Shown here one piece after another: positions 16,193 to 23,823 of a stretch of 64,000 nucleotides of DNA. Position 1 is the first letter of the stretch. Each line of letters starts with the position of its first letter. The notes beneath the pieces are model-generated. The model searched no databases, was not told the origin of the DNA, and worked only from the letters and a program-made list of their open reading frames with translations. This DNA comes from an uncultured Candidatus Peribacteria bacterium (lineage in GTDB: Bacteria > Patescibacteriota > Gracilibacteria > Peribacterales > Peribacteraceae). The translations under genes were made by a program, and so were the position numbers. Location of the stretch: positions 6,782 to 70,781 of the forward strand of contig CAZYNU010000002.1 in assembly GCA_964648045.1 (NCBI GenBank), in the 5' to 3' direction.

Positions 16193-17068
16193 ATGGAGAT
16201 CCAATCGCTCGTCCCCGTCGGTTCCAAGACCACGATGCGCATCGGCGGGCAGGCCCGCGCCTACGCCGAAATCACCACCAAGGAAGATGCAGAACAGGCC
16301 GTGGCCTATGCCAAAGAGCACGGGCTTCCGCTCATTATGTTGGGCGGCGGTTCCAATACCGTCTTCGCGGACGGTGTGGTGGAAGCACTCGTCTGTCGCA
16401 TCAAGAACACCGACACGAACATCGAGGGCAACCACGTCACGGCGAACGCGGGCGTCACGCTCGGCTCGCTCATTCACGAGCTGGCCGACCATGATCTGGA
16501 TCTTTCCGCTCTCACCGGCATTCCCGGCACTCTTGGCGGCGCCATTATCGGCAATGCCGGCCAGGGCTTTGGAGGCACGTGGATCGACACCTACGTGCGC
16601 AGCGTCACCGTCCTGATGGGAGGGCACTGGCAGACGCTCTCGCCCGTGGCCTGCCGCTTCCGCTACCGCGAGAGTGGTTTTAAGGAGATCGACGGTCCGG
16701 TGGTGGTATGGGAAGCGACGCTGGAAGTGCCTTCGCGCCCCGGTGCGGAAGTGAAGGCGGAGGTGGAGCGACTTTTGCAGAAGCGCATCGAGACGCAGCC
16801 GCACCTCAAGACGGCCGGCTCGGCCTTCAAGTCACTGCCAGACGGCACCCCGGCCTGGAAACTCATTGACGAGGCAGGCCTGCGCGGCACGAAGATCGGC
16901 GATTTGGAAATCAGCACCAAGCACTGCAACTTCTTCACGAATGCAGGCAAGGCCACATTCCAGAACGTGCTCGACATGACCGCGCTGATCCGCCAGAAAG
17001 TGCCGCGGATCGAAGGCATCGAGATGCGCCTCTACGGCAACGATGGAAAGATCGTGAAGCAGCACTGA
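16193..17068 (+). CDS. murB: UDP-N-acetylenolpyruvoylglucosamine reductase
   Basis: TTMRIGGQARAYAEI, LIMLGGGSNTVF, GSAFKSLP and HCNFFTN. The start is the ATG at 16193. Confidence 0.85.
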   Translation: MEIQSLVPVGSKTTMRIGGQARAYAEITTKEDAEQAVAYAKEHGLPLIMLGGGSNTVFADGVVEALVCRIKNTDTNIEGNHVTANAGVTLGSLIHELADHDLDLSALTGIPGTLGGAIIGNAGQGFGGTWIDTYVRSVTVLMGGHWQTLSPVACRFRYRESGFKEIDGPVVVWEATLEVPSRPGAEVKAEVERLLQKRIETQPHLKTAGSAFKSLPDGTPAWKLIDEAGLRGTKIGDLEISTKHCNFFTNAGKATFQNVLDMTALIRQKVPRIEGIEMRLYGNDGKIVKQH

Positions 17069-17149
17069 AGGGGTTGCCAAATAAACGGTTTGATTCAAGA
17101 TAGTTCGGCGTTGCCTCTATCTTGACCCTTCACCCGTCGGAGAAAACCC

Positions 17150-17743
17150 GTGCCTATTCAGAAAACTGGAACTCTCAAAGAAGAGGTCCGTCGCCTGCTG
17201 CCCAACCCCGCCAGCCTGAAGCCGGAACGCCTACGTGCCATCGTGCGGACCTACGGCCTGTTCGCTGACAAATTCGTGCCCTGGCTCACCATCGTTCACG
17301 ATGCGCAGCCGCCGGGCGCGGGCCGCGACGTCTGCCGCGACAACCTGATCTGTGAGATCGAAGAAGATCACCCCCGATTACTGCGGCAGTTCCTGGCCCA
17401 GATCGAAGCCGGTGAACGCAACGGTACCCGCCTTGGGTCAAACATCGATTGCTGCCAGCCCTGGATCATGGCGATCGACGCGCACTGCCGGCAGCCGATT
17501 CCTGGCTTGGCCGTGATCGCCGGACTGGAACATGCCTCACTCGCGTTCATCCCCTGGCTTAAAGAAGTCGCTCGGATGCTGAAACTCGGCGAGATCCGTT
17601 ATCTGGAGATTCACGGCGAGGCGGACATCGCCCACGCCCGCGAGCTGGAGGAAGCGCTCACAAGGTCTGGCGGCGGAGACGAGGTATTTCTGGCTTTCAG
17701 CCTGGTCCATGCCCTGCTCCGCGACATTTTCACCGGCGTGTGA
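17150..17743 (+). CDS. small heme-oxygenase-like fold protein (iron-containing redox enzyme / PqqC-TenA-like family)
   Basis: NLICEIEEDHPRLLRQFL, GLEHASLAFIPW and EIHGEADIAHARELE resemble the helix-borne E/D/H ligand motifs of this family. GTG start with GGAGA 8 nt upstream. Confidence 0.45.
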   Translation: MPIQKTGTLKEEVRRLLPNPASLKPERLRAIVRTYGLFADKFVPWLTIVHDAQPPGAGRDVCRDNLICEIEEDHPRLLRQFLAQIEAGERNGTRLGSNIDCCQPWIMAIDAHCRQPIPGLAVIAGLEHASLAFIPWLKEVARMLKLGEIRYLEIHGEADIAHARELEEALTRSGGGDEVFLAFSLVHALLRDIFTGV

Positions 17744-17758
17744 TGCACGCGCCTCCAC

Positions 17759-17789
17759 CCCCGGTCGGCCTACCGACCGGGGATTTTTT
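17759..17789 (+). terminator. intrinsic terminator after the 17150-17743 gene
   Basis: CCCCGGTCGG-CCTA-CCGACCGGGG followed by ATTTTTTA. Confidence 0.85.
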
Positions 17790-17794
17790 ACGCA

Positions 17795-17818
17795 AGAAAA
17801 AAGCCCGGTCGCCCGGGC
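17795..17818 (-). terminator. intrinsic terminator after ssb
   Basis: Minus strand reads GCCCGG-GCGA-CCGGGC followed by TTTTTTCTT. Confidence 0.75.
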
Positions 17819-17835
17819 CTTCTGGGATCGCGGGG

Positions 17836-18720
17836 TCAGAAGGGGAGATCCTCCACCTTCACTTCGCTCTTGTTGTAATCGATGTCGGGAATGCCGGCAG
17901 CGCCGATGCCCACGGCTGCCGTAGCCTCGGGGGCAGAGCGACGGCCTGGAGCCTCCTCGCCGAAGGGACTGCCACCAGAGGCGACGTCGGCACGCACGGC
18001 GTCGAGAGCGGTTTGGTTTTTGATGCCCAACAGCGAGACTGTGTCGGCTACGATTTCGGTGGCGTAGCGCTTCTGACCGGCCTGTGTCTCGAAGCTGCGG
18101 GTCTGCACACGGCCGGACACAAAGACCTTACTGCCCTTCTTCAAGGTGCGCTGGCACTCGTCGGCCAGGTCGCCCCACACCACGACGTTATGAAACTCAG
18201 AACGTTCCTGAGCCACGCCGGCCTTGTCCTTCCAGCGATCGTTGGTGGCCAGACCGAGCGACAGCACCTTTTGGCCGCTGGTGGTAGTGCGAAGCTCCGG
18301 ATCACGCGTCACGTTGCCGAGAAGATCGGCACGATTGAGGCAGCTGGTGAGCTGACGGGCGTTCTCGGGCGACGGCATGGCACCGTCTTTGGGATCAAGC
18401 AAGATGAGATCGAGAGCGACCATTTTCGTTTTACTGCGCTTCTCCTTGGTTTTTTCGTCTTCCCAGCTATCAGTCTGCAAGCGACCAGAAATGAAGAGCT
18501 GCGAGCCAGCCTTCACGAACTGGCCGGCGACATTGGCCATAGGGCCCCACACCGTGACGGTATGGAAACTCTTACCTTCCATCATCTGTCCGGACTCGGA
18601 TTTGAAGGAATACGGCACGACCAGATTTAGGTCTGTGACCGTGGTGCCGCCCGGCGTCGTACGGACGTCGACAGGCTGCGTCTGGTAACCGATAATGTTT
18701 ACGCGATTAAGGGAAAACAT
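17836..18720 (-). CDS. ssb: single-stranded DNA-binding protein with two tandem OB folds and an acidic C-terminal tip
   Basis: First OB: MFSLNRVNIIGYQTQPVDVRTTPGG...HTVTVWGPMANVAGQFVKAGSQLFISGRLQTDSWED. Second OB: NRADLLGNVTRDPELRTTTSGQKV...HNVVVWGDLADECQRTLKKGSKVFVSGRVQTRSFE. The tail ends ...EVKVEDLPF. The start is the ATG at 18720. Confidence 0.85.
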   Translation of the reverse strand: MFSLNRVNIIGYQTQPVDVRTTPGGTTVTDLNLVVPYSFKSESGQMMEGKSFHTVTVWGPMANVAGQFVKAGSQLFISGRLQTDSWEDEKTKEKRSKTKMVALDLILLDPKDGAMPSPENARQLTSCLNRADLLGNVTRDPELRTTTSGQKVLSLGLATNDRWKDKAGVAQERSEFHNVVVWGDLADECQRTLKKGSKVFVSGRVQTRSFETQAGQKRYATEIVADTVSLLGIKNQTALDAVRADVASGGSPFGEEAPGRRSAPEATAAVGIGAAGIPDIDYNKSEVKVEDLPF

Positions 18721-18945
18721 GCCACGAAGGGGGAAGAAATAGAGGATGCCACGGCAGCGACCGGTGGTGTTGTCCATGGTGTACGCCCGGACACCGTCAG
18801 TCGCAACTCTCTCCCATTGCACTTCTTCAAAAATAGTTCCTACATGTACTGACAGGAACGGAGCGCGAATTCTGTCAACGACAAGGCCGGAAACCGCTTT
18901 GGGCTGCGGCGGAAGGCGCGGCACAATGGAGAGCCAAGAGAAGAG

Positions 18946-21900
18946 ATGCGTTCCCTCCCCGCCCCCTCCCGGCCGCTCGTGCCAGTCCTGGCCACAGGCT
19001 TGGCCTTGGCGCTGGCTTCGGCGACGGCCTTGGCCAGCGAACCCTTGCTGCTCGATACAGCCGAACCGACGAACCTCGAGGAATTGCGAAGTCGAACCGA
19101 CGAGGTCCTAGGCGCCTCCGCGGCCGGCCAGTGCGGTGGCATCGTGGGTGATAGCGTGGGGTTCAATGTAGGCGAGGGTATTGCGATGGTCCTCGGCTTT
19201 CCTGGTCGCGCGGGGGAGCCGCTGGCAGCACCGCGCAGCGGCTTGGCGCTTAAAAACAGCATCGGCGGGCAGCTGGACGACGGCTTTGAATTTCCCGAAG
19301 GGGCCGTGGGTCTGTCGACACGCTGCGAGCCGGACAAGGATTCGCTGCTCAAAATCGTCACATCGCCCTACGAATTGACGCGCGGCATTTTGGAAATTGT
19401 CTCGGCGCCAAGCTTTGGCGATCCGCCCTGCCTGACCACCACCGGCGACTGCAACAACTTCTGTGATGCCCTCAACGGCTTCTCGTATCCCGACTGCGCG
19501 GTGATGAACGGCGACTTCAAGCGCGGTATCGGCTGTGCGGTCTGGTGCATGAAGCAAACGTGCACCGACGGGTGGACCGGCCAGTGCAACACGTCGCTGA
19601 GCGCGCTGACCGGCGGCGCCCTGCCGGACTCACCGCAGCCGGCCATGCTCTCGCTGTACAAGGGTGGCCTCGTGTTTGAGAAAGACGGACAGTTCGTCTG
19701 GTACGACTCGCTTGAGCCGGTCTTCAACGATGACGGCCAACCGCTTACGTTCGGCGAGACACAGGAATACATCGAACCGATCGACACCACGCTGCCTGCG
19801 CCGGACTTCCCAAACTGCGTTCCCTGCGCGGGAGAGGAATGTCGCTGCGGCCTGCAACCAGTACCCGAGGAATCGAAAGATCCGGTGTGCCTCCTGCAAG
19901 TGCCCGACGTGGACGTGGGCAAACCCAATCTCTCCAACTTGCCGCCTGACGACGCGGCGCTCTGGCAGGGCTGCCGCACAGCGTCACTCCGTCGGCTGAA
20001 GGAGCAAGGTGACACAATCGACCTCAACCAACTGGTGGGCATGGGTGAATGCATGGCGTCGATTGGCGCACCTGAAGCGAATCCGGTAGGCGGGGTCTAC
20101 GCCTCGTTCGCGCGGCAATACCAGGCCTTGGCCGAACGCTTCGCCTACACCGACGTGGCACCGCTCGACCGCAATTCCGCCGAGCCGATGGCCGTGTGCT
20201 ACGGCTTCTACAACGAATTCGACCCGCTTGAGCGACAGACGAAGATGGTCCCGCTCGAGTCTCCCGAAGACGCCCGCGACGCCCGCTGCGTGATCGGACT
20301 CGATTCCGATGAGTTTCCCCAAACGCAACTTGGGATGGGCTCGCTGCCAGAGGCCGACCCTGAAGACTTCTTCACCACCTTCGCGCGAGACGCGGGCCTC
20401 TCGCCCTGGTTCCAGGGATTGGCGGGCGCCTTCTCGCTGCTGCACTTGCCCGGACAAGACGGCCGCGACGCCCTGCCGCAAGCTGTGCTCGAACTGCCGG
20501 AAACCGACCGCGCGGGCTTACGCTCATTGCCCACACTACACCGCGCAACCATGGTCGATTTCGACGAAAGCGGCGACCGCCGCATCGTGACGACATGGTG
20601 GGCCAGCCTGGCCCAGGTGATGGCCGAAGCGTTGAGCGAACCGCGCATCACGATCCTCCTGCCAAAAATCCCCGATCTGGCACCTGCCAACGACGACCCA
20701 CTGTTCGATGAGGGCATTCCCGCCCACGAGCCAGCCACCGATCCGACCGCGCCCTTCGAAGTACAACTCGGCGTGGGCGAAGATCTGGTGGGACGAGTGG
20801 CCGAGTTCCTACAGCGCGATGCCGTGCTGCGCGTGGAGCAAGAGGCCGTACCCACGCTCATACCCGAAGGCGAACCCGAAGATTGGCGCGCGCTGGCCCA
20901 AGGATGGTGCACGTATCTAACACGGCAGGAGATTGGCGCCCAAGGCTGCGACCTGCCGACACTGCAAGGCAGCTTCCCGGAGGCGGCCGTGTTCTTTGAA
21001 CGATTGGAGGAATACGCCTCGCGCATCGAGGAAGCAGCCAGCTTGCGGGCCGAATTGACCAAGACCCTGACGGCATTACTGGAAGCCCGCAGCGCCAGCC
21101 TGGAGGCGATCGAACGCTGGAAAGAAGACGCAATCACATTGCTCGCTGCGCCCGAAGATCAAAAGGAACGACTGGAAGCGCTGCGCGAACGCTGGAACGA
21201 GGTGAGCCGTCTCTATGCCAACGTGGGCGCCGTGACGAACATGCCCTGGTGCATGAACCAGCGCTTCACGCTGCCCATCACCTCTCTGCTCGATCCTTGG
21301 CTTCCGAGTCGCGAAGGCAGTGGCGGACTCATTTCCGGAGCCGGTCTGCCCCTGCCATTCTTCCAAACGCGTGCCCCGGACCTGGAGTTGGATCTGTCGC
21401 TACTGCACCTGCAAGAAGGCAGCGTCTCAGTGCCGGTGCTCAAGCCGCTGCAAGTCCGCTTCGACTTGGTTCGCCTGGCCCCACCGGGCAGCGCCGACGA
21501 ACAGACGACCGAACCGCCGATTCTCCCGGCCTTTCCCGACTTAGCGCCCATCAAAGACGCACTCGCCACCGCCCGCCAAGCATTGGCCGATGTGCAGGTG
21601 CTCAGCGAGCCGCCACTGCCAGAAGTGCCGGAAGAATTTCTGCCAGTGGAGCGCGAGGCCGAGCTGGCGGCCGCCCTCGACGAGGCCGAGCAGATCGTGC
21701 AAGGGATGGACGAGGCTTACCGCCGCTTCTGGGCGCCCTTCCTGCCCGAGAACCGTGAGGCTCGCTTGAACCTGGAGTGCGAAGGTTGGGGATTGGGCGC
21801 CTGCCGACACACCGAAATGGAATTGATCGAACAACTCACCCGCGCCATGTCGCGGCCGGGCGTCTTCCAACCGGAGGATCTAGCCCCCATGACGCCCCTG

Positions 21901-22197
21901 GGTCGGACAGTCTCGCCCGTCTGTACATTGAGCGACGGCTCATGTCTGCCGCTTCCACCCACCGTGCGTCCGCCGGCTGCCGGGTGGCAGATTGCCGCCC
22001 CGTCGGATGACGACGCCGATCTGGATCAAGTGCGACGCGACGTGCGCAAGACGCTTCTGCCCACCAGGATTGATCCGCCCGAAGCGCGCACCCTACAGTC
22101 GATTCCGTGGAGCGCGAACGGACCAGACTTATTGCCTGGCCTGGCCGTGCCGACCTCGATTCCACTCACACCGCCCGCTCCCGACACCGACCTGTGA
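18946..22197 (+). CDS. secreted Cys-rich acidic protein A (1083 aa), no recognised domain
   Basis: Signal peptide ...LALALASATALA|SEP with no later TM segment. About 26 Cys by manual count, in clusters such as CAVWCMKQTCTDGWTGQC and CVPCAGEECRC. It contains a coiled-coil-like stretch. Codons end mostly in G/C. Confidence 0.75.
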   Translation: MRSLPAPSRPLVPVLATGLALALASATALASEPLLLDTAEPTNLEELRSRTDEVLGASAAGQCGGIVGDSVGFNVGEGIAMVLGFPGRAGEPLAAPRSGLALKNSIGGQLDDGFEFPEGAVGLSTRCEPDKDSLLKIVTSPYELTRGILEIVSAPSFGDPPCLTTTGDCNNFCDALNGFSYPDCAVMNGDFKRGIGCAVWCMKQTCTDGWTGQCNTSLSALTGGALPDSPQPAMLSLYKGGLVFEKDGQFVWYDSLEPVFNDDGQPLTFGETQEYIEPIDTTLPAPDFPNCVPCAGEECRCGLQPVPEESKDPVCLLQVPDVDVGKPNLSNLPPDDAALWQGCRTASLRRLKEQGDTIDLNQLVGMGECMASIGAPEANPVGGVYASFARQYQALAERFAYTDVAPLDRNSAEPMAVCYGFYNEFDPLERQTKMVPLESPEDARDARCVIGLDSDEFPQTQLGMGSLPEADPEDFFTTFARDAGLSPWFQGLAGAFSLLHLPGQDGRDALPQAVLELPETDRAGLRSLPTLHRATMVDFDESGDRRIVTTWWASLAQVMAEALSEPRITILLPKIPDLAPANDDPLFDEGIPAHEPATDPTAPFEVQLGVGEDLVGRVAEFLQRDAVLRVEQEAVPTLIPEGEPEDWRALAQGWCTYLTRQEIGAQGCDLPTLQGSFPEAAVFFERLEEYASRIEEAASLRAELTKTLTALLEARSASLEAIERWKEDAITLLAAPEDQKERLEALRERWNEVSRLYANVGAVTNMPWCMNQRFTLPITSLLDPWLPSREGSGGLISGAGLPLPFFQTRAPDLELDLSLLHLQEGSVSVPVLKPLQVRFDLVRLAPPGSADEQTTEPPILPAFPDLAPIKDALATARQALADVQVLSEPPLPEVPEEFLPVEREAELAAALDEAEQIVQGMDEAYRRFWAPFLPENREARLNLECEGWGLGACRHTEMELIEQLTRAMSRPGVFQPEDLAPMTPLGRTVSPVCTLSDGSCLPLPPTVRPPAAGWQIAAPSDDDADLDQVRRDVRKTLLPTRIDPPEARTLQSIPWSANGPDLLPGLAVPTSIPLTPPAPDTDL

Positions 22198-23033
22198 CGA
22201 CCACCCTCCGCCTCCATCGGCTCCTGGCCACGCTCGTCATCAGCCTAACGCTGCAACCAGCGTTGGCGGCGGCTCAAGGCACCACATCGCCGCCGGACGA
22301 ACTACGCAGCTGCGTGCAATTGTCATTCAAACAACTCGCCCGCCAACAGCGTCTCTACCGAACGGTTATCTTGGGACGGGGTCCAGCGGCAGCAGCTCCT
22401 CAGGGGGCAGTGTGGTATGACAACGACACGGGCGATGCCTGGTTGAAGGAAAATGAGAACGAGTGGCGATCCATTCCGTCGGCGACCGCGCGAAGCGACG
22501 GTCAAATGGAAGCGAACGCCGAGGCCGACCCAGTCTGGGATTCCATCTTCCGCCGAGGCATCGTCGAAACACGCACCACCCTTACCTCATCGCTCATCCC
22601 CTCGCTCACGCAGGCGTTTCGCGCCCTGCAATGCCGCCTGGAAACCGTCTGCGGCCTGGCGACGAACCAGCTCGTGGGAGACGGCGAAGGCGGCGAAGAA
22701 TTGAGCGTCGATGGCTGCCTGCCTCCGTCGGAATTGGGGCTCACTGCCATGCCGGCCTGCCGATTCACGGAGGTATCCGCGGGACGCGATGCTTTGGAGG
22801 CCCTAACCACCTGCCGCGATTCGGCGGCAGCGATCGTGACACACGAAGCCGAAGCCCTGCGCCTGCTGGTGGCCTACGACGCGGCAGCACGAACATCGTT
22901 GCAGTACTCCGGCGTGCTCGACCGGTTGGTCCGCGATATCCGCCAGCCGCTCATCTGGCCGCTCATCGAACTTTCCGATCTGGCGCGCGAACTTGCGCGG
23001 ATCCCTTGCTTCCTCGGTATTTGTGCGCCCTGA
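22194..23033 (+). CDS. secreted Cys-containing protein B (279 aa), no recognised domain
   Basis: GTG start overlapping the upstream stop (GTGA at 22194-22197). Signal peptide TTTLRLHRLLATLVISLTLQPALAAAQG. About 8 Cys. Confidence 0.6.
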   Translation: MTTTLRLHRLLATLVISLTLQPALAAAQGTTSPPDELRSCVQLSFKQLARQQRLYRTVILGRGPAAAAPQGAVWYDNDTGDAWLKENENEWRSIPSATARSDGQMEANAEADPVWDSIFRRGIVETRTTLTSSLIPSLTQAFRALQCRLETVCGLATNQLVGDGEGGEELSVDGCLPPSELGLTAMPACRFTEVSAGRDALEALTTCRDSAAAIVTHEAEALRLLVAYDAAARTSLQYSGVLDRLVRDIRQPLIWPLIELSDLARELARIPCFLGICAP

Positions 23034-23058
23034 ACGAACGTCGCCGCCGGCCGTGACG

Positions 23059-23823
23059 ATGACGCTCTGCCTCTTGGCAGCGGCCAGCCTGGCAGGCTGC
23101 TCGCTGCGCAGCGACACCATCGATTCCAGCGTGGTCCGCGGGCAACAACTGTCACCCTGCACCGCCGAAGGCACAACTTTCGCGGATCTAGCGTTGAAAG
23201 ACTGGGCTCCCACCTATCATCGCCGCGTCGCCGAAGTGGTGGACGAATTCTTCACGCAAGAAAGTGACGACATGGCAATCGACTGCACCACGCTGGACGA
23301 GGGCGACGGCAGTCCGCCCGCACCCGCCGGATCGGCACTATTGGCACTGGCGCTCGACCTGCCGCCTTGGGCCGACGGCAAGCGGCCGGTGACGCGCTTG
23401 GCCACTGGTGACGTGCTACGTACCTACTTAGATACGTACCTCTGCAGCCTGACTGAGGCTCGCCTCACCATCGTCCTGACGGCCACTGGCGAGAGTGGAT
23501 CGGGGTCTGGCGTCGCCTCGGAGCCACGCATTGGCGAAGGGGTGGAAGTGGACCGCGGCAACCTCTCGGAATGGATCGAAACAGATAGCGCGATGATCGA
23601 TCGGGAACTGGCCACTGCCGAACCCACGCTGGAACGCGTGCTCACGTTGATGTCGGCCGATCATCGCACTGCCGGATTGAAAACCGAACTCCAGTGTCTC
23701 CTTCGCGCCTCGACCGATCTTCGCAACGCGTTGGCTCTGTTCTCGGAAGCAGCAGCCTGCGTTGGCAGGCTTTGGGACGCTCAGGGCATCGTTCGAGATT
23801 TCCCCGCTTTCGGCGGCCAATGA
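23059..23823 (+). CDS. lipoprotein C (254 aa), no recognised domain
   Basis: MTLCLLAAASLAGCS lipobox. The in-frame GTG at 23053 is an alternative start. Confidence 0.65.
   Translation: MTLCLLAAASLAGCSLRSDTIDSSVVRGQQLSPCTAEGTTFADLALKDWAPTYHRRVAEVVDEFFTQESDDMAIDCTTLDEGDGSPPAPAGSALLALALDLPPWADGKRPVTRLATGDVLRTYLDTYLCSLTEARLTIVLTATGESGSGSGVASEPRIGEGVEVDRGNLSEWIETDSAMIDRELATAEPTLERVLTLMSADHRTAGLKTELQCLLRASTDLRNALALFSEAAACVGRLWDAQGIVRDFPAFGGQ

Noticed and set aside
19368-21137. Several 200-300-aa minus-strand ORFs (for example 19368-20054 and 20208-21137) inside the five-gene operon
   Set aside because: These are shadow ORFs of the plus-strand genes. Their products are Ser/Arg/Pro/Ala-rich. They lack start-site signals, and the plus-strand frame has the G/C-third-position bias seen in bona fide genes here.
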